A DNA stretch of 64,000 bases from an uncultured Ardenticatenaceae bacterium (GTDB lineage: Bacteria > Chloroflexota > Anaerolineae > Promineifilales > Promineifilaceae). The position numbers and the translations under genes are program-made. The DNA lies in the NCBI GenBank assembly GCA_964384155.1, contig CAYLJW010000004.1, forward strand, positions 6,428-70,427, read 5' to 3'. Every line of letters begins with the position of its first letter. Position 1 is the stretch's first letter. Positions 1 through 8,314 of this stretch are shown here, in pieces. The notes beneath the pieces were generated by a model that saw nothing but the letters and a program-made list of their open reading frames with translations, was not told the DNA's origin and made no database searches.

Positions 1-271
1 GGAAGCAGGGCAGACGGCCGTGGTCGTCGAGGATCTGGTGACATCGGGGGCCAGCATCTTGCAGGCCATCAGCGCACTCAAGGCCGCCGGTCTGCAGGTG
101 CAAGATGCGGTGGTGCTCATCGACCGTGAGCAGGGTGGACGTGAAGCGCTGGCGGAGACGGGTTACGGGCTACACGCGGTGCTCACCATCAGCCATATGC
201 TGGCTATCCTGGAGCGCCACGAGCGCATCAGCGCGCCGGAGCGCCTGGCGGTGTCGGCCGAGCTGAAGTAG
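1..271 (+). CDS. pyrE: orotate phosphoribosyltransferase, C-terminal fragment (5' end outside window)
   Basis: The frame is open from the window edge. VVVEDLVTSGASI is the PRPP-binding loop typical of type I phosphoribosyltransferases/PyrE. Other pyr genes lie nearby. Confidence 0.85.
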   Translation, partial: EAGQTAVVVEDLVTSGASILQAISALKAAGLQVQDAVVLIDREQGGREALAETGYGLHAVLTISHMLAILERHERISAPERLAVSAELK

Positions 272-277
272 CGCGAG

Positions 278-829
278 TCAGGCGTCTAGAATGGCCTGGG
301 CTACTTCGTGCATGGGGCGGCGGGCCTGGCGGGCCTGGCGCTGCATGGCCTGGTAGGCTTGCTCTTCACTCAGGCCGCCGGCCATCAGGCGGCCTTTGGC
401 GCGCTCGATGAGCTTGCGGTGCGCCAGTTCCTGCTCCACGGCCTGCAGCCGCTCGCGGCTCTGCGCCTGTTCGGCAAACCGTTTGTGGGCCACGGCGATG
501 GCCGCCAGGAGCTGCCCCGGCTGCACCGGCTTCACCAGGTAGCCCTGGATAGGTAAATCAGCGGCCTCTTCGACAAGGTCGCGTTCGCTAAAGGCGGTGA
601 GCAAGATTACCGGCAGCGGCGCGATGCGCGCCAGCGTGCGGGCGGCCTGCAAGCCATCGGTATGCGGCATCTTAATGTCCAGGATAGCCAAGTCGAACGG
701 CTGGCGTCGCGCCAGGCGCAAGGCCTCCTGCCCGTTGCGCGCCGCGGTCACCTGGTGGCCCATCTCTTGCAGCATCGCTTTGAGACCCATGCGGATAATG
801 GGCTCGTCGTCGGCGATTAGAATCTCCAC
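278..829 (-). CDS. response regulator with receiver plus ANTAR RNA-binding output domain (PdtaR-like)
   Basis: N-terminal REC domain (ILIADDEP...DLAILDIKMP...YLVKP). C-terminal ANTAR-like helices (LIERAKGRLMAGGLSEEQAYQAMQRQARQARRPMHEVAQAIL). Begins 4 nt downstream of the kinase gene. Confidence 0.85.
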   Translation of the reverse strand: MEILIADDEPIIRMGLKAMLQEMGHQVTAARNGQEALRLARRQPFDLAILDIKMPHTDGLQAARTLARIAPLPVILLTAFSERDLVEEAADLPIQGYLVKPVQPGQLLAAIAVAHKRFAEQAQSRERLQAVEQELAHRKLIERAKGRLMAGGLSEEQAYQAMQRQARQARRPMHEVAQAILDA

Positions 830-832
830 GCG

Positions 833-2509
833 CTATTCCGCCCTTTCCTCAAGAGTTTCGCGCGGCAAGCGGATGGTTACTTGCGTGCCCATGTCTAATC
901 GTTCGTAATGCAACCGGCCGCGCAGCTCTTCCTGCACCAGGGTTTGCACCAATTCGGTGCCCAGGCCGGGGCGATAATCTGGCGGCAGGCCCAGGCCGTC
1001 GTCCGTCACCGTAACCACCAGCTCTTGCGGCGCGTAGCCCAGGCTCACCTGCACGTTGCCGCCAGGCTGCCCCACAAAGGCGTGCTCCAGGGCGTTCTGC
1101 AGCAGCTCGTTGACCACCAGAGCCAGGTTGGTGGCGGTTCTGCTGGGCAGGAGCACGGCTTCGCCCTGCACCGACAGCTCCAGGCCCTGCTGCGGCGCGG
1201 TGAGGTTGGCGGCGGTCATGGCGGCAATGCGCTGCAACACTTCTTGCACGTCGACCAGGTGCAAGCCGCGCTCGGACAACACTTCGTGCACGGCGGCGAT
1301 GGTATAGACGCGGTGCATGCTAGTCTGGAGCACCTGCCGGGCGTCGGGGCCAGACGTGGTGGCGCTGCGCGCTTCTGATAGCTGTAGCTGCATGAGCATG
1401 GCTACGGTCTGCAGGTTATTCTTGATACGGTGGTGCATTTCGCGCACCATGGCCGCATTGGTGGCCAGGCGGGCGTGTTCGATGGCCAGCGCCGTCTGGT
1501 TAGCCAGGGTGACAAAGAGCGCTTGCTGCTCGGCGGAAAAAGTGCGCTGGTCATCGCTATAGCAGTTAAAGACGCCGATCACTCGTTGGCGCACGCTGAG
1601 CGGCACAGAGAGCAGCGAAACCAACCCTTCTCGGCGGGCCAGCTCGCGCTCCAGATAGTCGGGCTCGAGGCGCACATCGGGGATGTAAGCAGGTCGGTTT
1701 TGGGCTGCGACGCGCCCGATAATGCCTGTGCCTAAGGGTAATGGCGGCCGCAGCCGGTACGCTGCGCCGGCGTGCTGCGCCGAGCGCAGCTCCAGGTGTG
1801 CGCCGCGCTCATCCAACAGGAAGATGGAACAGAGGGTCGCGTCCATCACCTTCGCCGCCATCTCGGTGACGATGTCGAGGATGTCGTCCAGATATTGGGG
1901 CGATGTGACAACTTCGCTGACCCGTGCCAGGGCTTGCAGCTCCTCGATTTGGCGCTTCTGGTTATCGTGCAGCCGCGCCTTGGCCAGGGCGCCTGCCGCC
2001 AGATCGCCGATGAGCGACAGGGTTTCGATCTCGCGGGGGGCATAGGCGTGCGGCGCGATGGTTTGTACGTTTAGGGCGCCCAGCACCTGGTTCTCGATGA
2101 GCAGGGGCACGGCAAGCAAGGAGTGGAAGGCGCCTTCGGCGGCGCCTGGCACAATCTTGAAGTGGGGGTTGTGCTGCGCTTCGCTGGCGTACACGGCGGC
2201 CTTGCGCGCCACGGCATGGCCCGTCATGCCTTCGCCCACCTGTAGGGTGGCAAGGCCCAGCACGCGCTGCGCCAGACCGGTCGTGGCGCGCAGGCGCAGA
2301 GTGAGGCCGTCGGGGTCGAGGAGATAAATGGAACAAGAGTCGACGCGCATCACCTCCGTGGTCTTACGAGCGATCAGGTCCAGGGTGGTGTCCAGGTCCC
2401 AGGCGGTGCTCAACACGCGGGCAATCTCGCGCAAGGCCGCCAGGGCCTGCGGGCGCCCGGCGGCCAGGGTCGAGTCGTCAAGTGGCGATGGCTCGCTCAT
2501 GGCGTCCAT
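833..2509 (-). CDS. sensor histidine kinase, tandem GAF domains plus HisKA_2/HWE-type kinase core (PdtaS-like)
   Basis: Two GAF-like segments (SCSIYLLD..., LCSIFLLD...). H-box HHRIKNNLQTV. HATPase motifs (NELLQNALEH, DDGLGLP). No transmembrane segment visible. Confidence 0.8.
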   Translation of the reverse strand: MDAMSEPSPLDDSTLAAGRPQALAALREIARVLSTAWDLDTTLDLIARKTTEVMRVDSCSIYLLDPDGLTLRLRATTGLAQRVLGLATLQVGEGMTGHAVARKAAVYASEAQHNPHFKIVPGAAEGAFHSLLAVPLLIENQVLGALNVQTIAPHAYAPREIETLSLIGDLAAGALAKARLHDNQKRQIEELQALARVSEVVTSPQYLDDILDIVTEMAAKVMDATLCSIFLLDERGAHLELRSAQHAGAAYRLRPPLPLGTGIIGRVAAQNRPAYIPDVRLEPDYLERELARREGLVSLLSVPLSVRQRVIGVFNCYSDDQRTFSAEQQALFVTLANQTALAIEHARLATNAAMVREMHHRIKNNLQTVAMLMQLQLSEARSATTSGPDARQVLQTSMHRVYTIAAVHEVLSERGLHLVDVQEVLQRIAAMTAANLTAPQQGLELSVQGEAVLLPSRTATNLALVVNELLQNALEHAFVGQPGGNVQVSLGYAPQELVVTVTDDGLGLPPDYRPGLGTELVQTLVQEELRGRLHYERLDMGTQVTIRLPRETLEERAE

Positions 2510-2609
2510 TATAACCGTAACGCTGCGCGACGGAACGGATTCGGCGCGGTTGCTGGACGACTAAAGCCGCGATACGGACGAGCCTGGGACCGCCGGCGTG
2601 CAGGCGGCA

Positions 2610-4106
2610 TCAGGCGTCGTAGTACAGCATGAACTCATAGGGATGCGGGCGCAGGCGCAGGGGGTCGACTTCGCGGCTGCGCTTGACGCGGATCCAGGTT
2701 TCGATGAGCTCTTGGCTAAAGACGCCGCCTTGCAGCAGGAAGTCGTGATCTGCCTGCAGCGCATCCAGGGCGGCTTCTAGCGAGCCGGGGACCTGAGGGA
2801 TGCCGGCCGCTTGCTCGGCAGATAGCTCGTACAGGTCAAAGTCGGCGGGCGCGCCAGGATGGATCTTGTTGTGGATGCCGTCCAGCCCGGCCATGAGTAT
2901 GGCGGCAAAGGCCAGATAAGGATTTGCCGTGGGGTCGGGGCAGCGGTACTCGATGCGTGTGGCGCTGGGACTGGCGGAATAACGCGGAATGCGGATGCCG
3001 GCCGAGCGATTGCGCGAGGAGTAGACCAGGTTCACGGGCGCCTCGTAGCCCGGCGTGAGGCGACGGTAGGAGTTGGTTGTGGGCGCGCAGAGGGCGAGCA
3101 GGGCGGGGGAGTGGCGCAGGATGCCGCCGATGTAATAGAGTGCGGTCTCGGAAAGCGCGGCATAGCCGGCCGCATCGTGGAATAACGATTGGCCCTCTTT
3201 CCACAGGCTGTTGTGCACGTGCATGCCTGAGCCGTTGTCGCCGAAGATGGGCTTAGGCATGAAGGTGGCGGTGTAGCCATGGCGCCGCGCCACGTTCTTG
3301 ATGATGTACTTGTACCACATTTGCCAGTCGCCCATGGCTGTGAGCGAGTTATAACGCAGGTCGATCTCCTGCTGGCCGCTGCCGACTTCGGTGTGGTGCA
3401 TCTCTACTTGCAGGCCGGCCTGAGCCAGGCGCAGGGTCATTTCCGAGCGCATATCCTGCAGGGTATCCACCGGCGGCGACTGGAAGTAGTGCTCTTTGTG
3501 GCGCGCGCGGTGCGCCAGGTTGGGCGCGCCGCCGTTGCGCCCGCTGTTCCACACCGCTTCGTCGGAGTCGAGGAAGTAGTAGGCTGCCTGCGGCGTATTA
3601 TCGAAGCGAACACTTTCAAAGACGAAGAATTCGGCTTCTGGCCCCCAGTAGCTCGTGTCGGCGATGCCCGTCGCAAGCAGGTAGCGCTCGGCGGCCTGAG
3701 CCACGCGCCGCGCATCGCGGTCGTAGGGCCGGCGCGTGAGCGGGTCGGCGACGCTGCAGATGAGGCTGAGCGTGGGCACAGCGAGTAATGGATCGCGCAC
3801 AGCCGTGCGCGGGTCGGGCAGCAGGATCAGGTCGCTTTCCTCAATGCCCTGAAAGCCGACGATGGATGAGCCGTCGTAGCCGATGCCTTCTTCAAAGCTG
3901 CCTTCGTCCAGGGCGCTCAGCGGAACGCTGACGTGCCGCCACAGCCCCAGGAAATCGACAAAGCGCAGATCGACAATGCTCAGCCCATGCTCGCGGGCAT
4001 AGGCCAGCACCTCCGCAGGAGTTGTCAGAGGCTCAGAGGGCGCGCCCTTTAAATCGAGCTTGCCATTCGTATGCAGATCATTGGCTTGTGAAATCTTTTC
4101 TAACAC
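2610..4106 (-). CDS. glnA: glutamine synthetase type I
   Basis: Full-length match to GSI hallmarks (DLRFVDFLG, GSGMHVHNSLW, NSYRRL, SRNRSAGIRIP). GTG start preceded by GGAGG. Confidence 0.95.
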   Translation of the reverse strand: MLEKISQANDLHTNGKLDLKGAPSEPLTTPAEVLAYAREHGLSIVDLRFVDFLGLWRHVSVPLSALDEGSFEEGIGYDGSSIVGFQGIEESDLILLPDPRTAVRDPLLAVPTLSLICSVADPLTRRPYDRDARRVAQAAERYLLATGIADTSYWGPEAEFFVFESVRFDNTPQAAYYFLDSDEAVWNSGRNGGAPNLAHRARHKEHYFQSPPVDTLQDMRSEMTLRLAQAGLQVEMHHTEVGSGQQEIDLRYNSLTAMGDWQMWYKYIIKNVARRHGYTATFMPKPIFGDNGSGMHVHNSLWKEGQSLFHDAAGYAALSETALYYIGGILRHSPALLALCAPTTNSYRRLTPGYEAPVNLVYSSRNRSAGIRIPRYSASPSATRIEYRCPDPTANPYLAFAAILMAGLDGIHNKIHPGAPADFDLYELSAEQAAGIPQVPGSLEAALDALQADHDFLLQGGVFSQELIETWIRVKRSREVDPLRLRPHPYEFMLYYDA

Positions 4107-4144
4107 CGGTAACCTCCATGGGTTTTATGTTGGTTTGTTGGGCC

Positions 4145-4195
4145 AAAACGAAAAACGCCTCCACACCGCGACCGGACTGGTCACGGCGGGAGGCG
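4145..4195 (-). terminator. intrinsic terminator-like hairpin plus TTTTTCGTTTT inside the glnA leader (candidate attenuator)
   Basis: Minus strand reads CGCCTCCCGCCGTGACC-AGTCC-GGTCGCGGTGTGGAGGCG followed by TTTTTCGTTTT. It lies about 40 nt upstream of the glnA GTG and downstream of a promoter-like site. Confidence 0.55.
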
Positions 4196-4275
4196 TCATG
4201 GCCTCAAACACACTATGCTATTTTGTGCAGGCGGCGAACCTTGAAAGAAGCGGCCGCCACGGGCGCACGACTTAG

Positions 4276-4304
4276 AGCTTACGGCAAGGGCCGCCGCTTG
4301 TCAA
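4276..4304 (-). promoter_or_regulatory. sigma70-like promoter for glnA (TTGACA-17 nt-TAAGCT)
   Basis: Minus-strand TTGACA at 4304-4299 and TAAGCT at 4281-4276 with an exact 17-nt spacer. Predicts a leader of about 160 nt. Confidence 0.4.
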
Positions 4305-4392
4305 TGGCGCAAAGTACCAAAAATGTGTGGCGACGGTGTTGGCAACTTTGTCTATAAATGCCCGACAAGTCAGATATGACCCAGGCAGAAGG

Positions 4393-5391
4393 TTATGCCC
4401 GCCCCAGGACGGCTGCCAGCAAGGCCATGCGCACGTACATGCCGTTCTGCGCCTGGCGGAAGTAGGCGGCTCGGGGATCGGCGTCTACGCCGTAGTGGAT
4501 CTCGCCGACGCGGGGCAGGGGGTGCATGACAACCATTTTTTCCTTGGCCTGCGCCATTAATTCCGGTGTGATCACGTAGAAATCGTTCACGGCTTCATAC
4601 TGCGCCAGATCGCTGAAGCGTTCTTTCTGCACGCGCGTGACATAGAGCACATCGGCGTTTTCGATGACGTCGCGCACGTCGTGGGTCTCGCGCACGTCCA
4701 CGCCGGCGTCGATCACCTCATTCATCAGTGTGAGCGGCAGGCGCAGGATCTCCGGTGAGACAAAGCGAAGGCTGATGTCGTAGTGCAGCAGCAGCTTGGT
4801 GAGCGAGTGCACCGTGCGCCCGTAACGCAGGTCGCCGACCATGGCAATCTTCAGACCATTCAGCGTGCCCAGCTCTTCACGAATGGTGAACAGGTCCAGC
4901 AAGGCCTGGGTGGGATGCTCGCCGGGCCCATCGCCAGCATTAATCACGGGCACCGAGGCATAATCGGCCGCCAGTTGGGCAGCGCCAATTTCGGGGTGGC
5001 GCAAGACAATCACATCGGAGTATTGCTCCAGCGTACGCACGGTATCGGCCAGCGTTTCACCCTTGCTCACCGAGCTAAACTGCACGCCCTGAGTGATGGG
5101 GATGACCGTGCCGCCCAGGCGCTTGGCGGCGGCAATGAATGAGGAGCTGGTGCGTGTGCTGGGTTCGTAGAAGAGGCAGGTGAGCACGGCGCCTTCTAAT
5201 AAATTGGCGGCGCCCACGGCTTCTACCATCTCGCGCATCTCCTTGGAGCGCGTAAAAATATAGTCCAGCCTTTGCGGCGTGAACTGATCCACGGACAGAA
5301 TATCCATGCCCGTAAATCCATTGCCGTGGTGACCGTTGTCGCTGGCCATCTTTTTCAAATCAAACAGAGGTTTTAACGTCATACTTTCCAT
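4393..5391 (-). CDS. pyrB: aspartate carbamoyltransferase catalytic subunit
   Basis: Carbamoyl-phosphate motif [21 protein letters not shown]. Follows pyrC by 12 nt. Confidence 0.95.
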   Translation of the reverse strand: MESMTLKPLFDLKKMASDNGHHGNGFTGMDILSVDQFTPQRLDYIFTRSKEMREMVEAVGAANLLEGAVLTCLFYEPSTRTSSSFIAAAKRLGGTVIPITQGVQFSSVSKGETLADTVRTLEQYSDVIVLRHPEIGAAQLAADYASVPVINAGDGPGEHPTQALLDLFTIREELGTLNGLKIAMVGDLRYGRTVHSLTKLLLHYDISLRFVSPEILRLPLTLMNEVIDAGVDVRETHDVRDVIENADVLYVTRVQKERFSDLAQYEAVNDFYVITPELMAQAKEKMVVMHPLPRVGEIHYGVDADPRAAYFRQAQNGMYVRMALLAAVLGRA

Positions 5392-5403
5392 CGCACATCT
5401 CCT

Positions 5404-6513
5404 TTATAACATTTCATTTGATAGCGGCTCATTGGCAGCTTGCGGCTCCTCCAGGCTGGGCAGCACGCGGCCTGCGCCCGGCTGCGCCAGCACGTGCCCC
5501 TCTTCAAACACGGTTTGGCCGCGCAAAACCACGCGCACGACACGGCCCAGGGCGGTCATGCCCGCAAATGGCGTCCAGGCGCACTTGCTGAACATGCCCT
5601 CGCTGCGAATGACATACGGCTGGCCCACCTGCGCTTCGACATACGTCTGCTCCTGCTGCGGCAGGTTGAAGATGCGGCGCGGGTTGCTGTTCATCAGCGC
5701 GACCAGGCGCTCCTGGGTGAGGCGGCCTTCGGCGACGGCCGTCAGCATCAACGGTAGGGAGGTCTCTAGGCCAGGCACACCTGGCGGCGGCGTGGCGGAA
5801 GCTTTTTCCGCCAGGGTGTGCGGCGCATGGTCCGTGGCGATACAGTCGATTGTGTCGTCGAGGTGTTCCCATAAAGCAGCCACGTCGCTGGCGCTACCCA
5901 ACACCGGGCGCATATCGCCCAGAGCGCCGAGGCGCGGCGCGTCGGCCTCACTTAAGAACAGGTGGTGCGGCGCAACTTCGCAGGTTACGGGCAGTCCCCG
6001 GCCTTTGGCCGCCGCAATCAGCTCGATCTCTTCGCGGCGGCTGATGTGGCAAAAGTGCACGGCGCGGTCGTAGGATGCTGCCAGGCCAATGCCCACAGCC
6101 ACGCTTTGTTTCTCGGCGTGCATGGCAATCAGCTTGTGGCGCGGCCACTTTTCGAAGCAGGCTATCAACGCGGGCACGTCGTCGACGCGCAGCGGGCCAA
6201 ATGTGTCGTTGAGGTAGATCTTCAGGGCCACAGTGAGCGGCGCAAGCTGCTCTAGCTGGTCGATGGCCGTGGCGCTGGCGCCGGCGAATAGACCCACATC
6301 GCAGCGCGCGGCGGCCTGCGCCCTGGCGCGCGCCGATGCCAGCGCGGCCACGTCGATCAGGGGTGGGTTGGTGTTGGGCATGGCCAGGACCATGGTCACG
6401 CCGCCGGCCAGCGCGGCTGCCGTGCCTGTGGCGAAATCTTCCTTGTGCTCGCCGCCGGGCACGCGCAAATGGGTATGCACATCTACCAGCCCAGGCAGGG
6501 TTAAGTGGGTCAC
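5404..6513 (-). CDS. pyrC: dihydroorotase
   Basis: Metal-binding DVHTHLR at the N-terminus and amidohydrolase fold motifs (HAE, ATDHAPH). AGGAGG lies 4 nt before the GTG start. Operon with pyrB. Confidence 0.85.
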   Translation of the reverse strand: MTHLTLPGLVDVHTHLRVPGGEHKEDFATGTAAALAGGVTMVLAMPNTNPPLIDVAALASARARAQAAARCDVGLFAGASATAIDQLEQLAPLTVALKIYLNDTFGPLRVDDVPALIACFEKWPRHKLIAMHAEKQSVAVGIGLAASYDRAVHFCHISRREEIELIAAAKGRGLPVTCEVAPHHLFLSEADAPRLGALGDMRPVLGSASDVAALWEHLDDTIDCIATDHAPHTLAEKASATPPPGVPGLETSLPLMLTAVAEGRLTQERLVALMNSNPRRIFNLPQQEQTYVEAQVGQPYVIRSEGMFSKCAWTPFAGMTALGRVVRVVLRGQTVFEEGHVLAQPGAGRVLPSLEEPQAANEPLSNEML

Positions 6514-6638
6514 ACCACCTCCTCATTCCGGGCGCCAGGCAAAAAAAAGCCCGATCCTGAAAGGATCGGGCTGATAAAATGCCTTCTTACAGCAGTTATA
6601 CAAATGATTTTAGCGGCCCAGCGCCAGAACGGATTCAT
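6510..6638 (-). CDS. candidate 42-aa pyr leader peptide that reads through the attenuator hairpin (MNPFWRWAAKIICITAVRRHFISPILSGSGFFLPGARNEEVV)
   Basis: ATG at 6638 preceded by GGAGA (5-nt spacing). The ORF spans the terminator hairpin and T8 tract, and its TGA overlaps the pyrC GTG (GTGA). No homology evidence is available. Confidence 0.35.
   Translation of the reverse strand: MNPFWRWAAKIICITAVRRHFISPILSGSGFFLPGARNEEVV
6541..6572 (-). terminator. intrinsic terminator-like hairpin plus T8, 28 nt upstream of the pyrC start (candidate pyr attenuator)
   Basis: Minus strand reads AGCCCGATCC-TTTCA-GGATCGGGCT followed by TTTTTTTT. Located between a promoter-like site and the pyrC RBS. Confidence 0.55.
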
Positions 6639-6676
6639 TCAATCTCCATACATGCCGTTCTACATACCGGGATGCT

Positions 6677-6705
6677 ATGATAGCATTTTGTGTTGGCCCG
6701 GGCAA
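6677..6705 (-). promoter_or_regulatory. sigma70-like promoter for the pyrC-pyrB leader (TTGCCC-17 nt-TATCAT)
   Basis: Minus-strand TTGCCC at 6705-6700 and TATCAT at 6682-6677 with a 17-nt spacer. Confidence 0.4.
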
Positions 6706-6731
6706 AAAGTGCAGATCGCGCCACCTACCGC

Positions 6732-7289
6732 TCAATTTGAGATGATTTGGCCGTCTTGCAGACGGTAGACCTCGATAGCAAGGGCGTGAGTCACTAGAAT
6801 CGTGGTCAGGCCGGACTGTTGGTTAATTTGCCGCAGCAGGGCCAGGACTTCGGCGGCGGTCGTTGAATCCACTTCGCCCGTCGGCTCATCGGCCAGCAGG
6901 CGCGGTTTGCTGGCCAGGGCCACGGCAATGGCCACGCGCTGCTGCCGCTTGGCCACCAGCAGCGCCGGATCGTTGGCCGGCGCGGCCAGCCTGGGCAGCC
7001 AGCGCGCCGCCAGGTTTTCCAGCGAAAGCGTGCGGCGCAGCGTCTGGCGGCAGCGGTTGACCAGGATGGCAATGAGCCATGTTTCGAAGGCAGAGTCGCC
7101 GCGAAAGCCGCCAATCTTCTGGAATACGGCCAGATAGGTGTCCTGTACTGCGTCCTTGGCCGCTTCGCGCTCGCCCAGGATGGTATAGGCCAGGTCGAAG
7201 AGCTGATCCTGGTAATGATCGAACAGCGCGGCAAAAGCGCGCAAATCGCCTTCCTGGCAGCGGGCGACCAGGCTGGGTACGTCGGGCAT
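6732..7289 (-). pseudogene. chimeric ORF: ECF sigma-70 region 2 fused to the C-terminal third of an ABC-transporter ATPase (probable rearrangement remnant)
   Basis: Residues 1-95 resemble sigma70_r2 (DAVQDTYLAVFQKIGGFRGDSAFETWLIAILVNRCR). Residues from about 110 carry an ABC signature remnant/Walker B/H-loop (QQRVAIAVALASKPRLLADEPTGEVDS...ILVTH). There is no Walker A and no sigma region 4. Confidence 0.5.
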
Positions 7290-7467
7290 GAGGCATCCAT
7301 GGTCTATTGGTCAACGTGAGCGGAGAAATGGGGCCACTCCGGCTCACTTACTATATTAGATGCGCTTGCGCGCAACTTCTAGGGATTGGTTTCGCCACGG
7401 GGCGCCTGTACGCACGGCGGGCCGGCTGTTACAATAAGACCGTACACAGCAGTTGACAAAAGGACAC

Positions 7468-8301
7468 ATGCGCGCGATGAGCTATCTGCAGAAGCTGGCG
7501 GCTGCCCAGAAGAAAAATAACTCTTGGCTTTGTATTGGCCTGGACCCCGACCCGGCGCGCCTGCCGCTGCCCGCGATGCAGTGGGATGAGCCCGTACTGC
7601 CCTTTAATAAGGCGATCATCGACGCCACGCGCGACCTGGTGTGCGCCTATAAGCCCAATCTTGGCTTCTACTTGCAGTGGGGCGCGGCGGGCCTGATCGC
7701 TCTGGAACGGACGATTGCTTACATTCCCAACGACATTGTCGTGGTGCTGGACTGCAAGACGGGGGACATCGGCCATACGCAGGCGGCCTGGGGCGTGGGG
7801 CTGTTTGAGGTGTGGGGTGTGGACGCAGTCACCGTGAACCCTTATGTGGGCGCCGAAGCGATCGTGCCTATGGTGGGCGAGCGCCAGGACCGCGCCGTTT
7901 ATGTGCTGGCGCGCACGTCGAACGCGGGCGCGGCCGAGCTGCAGGGTAATTTGCAGGAGGAGACCGGGTTGTCGGCCGCCGTGTTGCGCGCGCGCTGGGA
8001 TGTGCAGGGAACTGTGGGTTACGTGGTAGGCGCCACGTATCCCCAGGAGCTGGCCGTGGCGCGACGGCTGGCGCCGCAAGCGCCGTTTCTCATTCCGGGC
8101 ATTGGCGCGCAGGGCGGCGACCTGGAAGCGGCCGTGCGCAGCGGCCCTGATCAGGTGGCCGGGCCGCTTATCAGCGCCAGCCGCACGATTCTCTATGCGT
8201 CGTCCGGCGCCGATTTTGACGCCGCGGCGCGCGCCGCGGCGCAGGGGGTGCGCGATGAGATCAATCGGCAGCGCGAAAGATGCTTCGATTCCTCAGCATG
8301 A
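7468..8301 (+). CDS. pyrF: orotidine 5'-phosphate decarboxylase (type 2)
   Basis: LCIGLDPD motif, DCKTGDIG and the type-2 PyrF C-terminal PGIGAQGG. Start is ambiguous (TTG 7453, ATG 7468 or ATG 7477). Confidence 0.9.
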   Translation: MRAMSYLQKLAAAQKKNNSWLCIGLDPDPARLPLPAMQWDEPVLPFNKAIIDATRDLVCAYKPNLGFYLQWGAAGLIALERTIAYIPNDIVVVLDCKTGDIGHTQAAWGVGLFEVWGVDAVTVNPYVGAEAIVPMVGERQDRAVYVLARTSNAGAAELQGNLQEETGLSAAVLRARWDVQGTVGYVVGATYPQELAVARRLAPQAPFLIPGIGAQGGDLEAAVRSGPDQVAGPLISASRTILYASSGADFDAAARAAAQGVRDEINRQRERCFDSSA

Positions 8302-8314
8302 CGTTTGGGGAAGG

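Noticed and set aside
4107-4270. Glutamine (glnA RNA motif) riboswitch in the glnA leader
   Set aside because: I could not match the conserved glnA-motif core by eye (only a loose CAAGGUUCG resemblance). The call is left to a covariance-model scan.
6574-6670. PyrR binding loop in the pyr leader
   Set aside because: The conserved UCCAGAGAGG-type sequence is absent (closest is UAUGGAGAUUG), and no pyrR gene is visible. The attenuator is therefore interpreted as the translation/UTP-coupled type instead.
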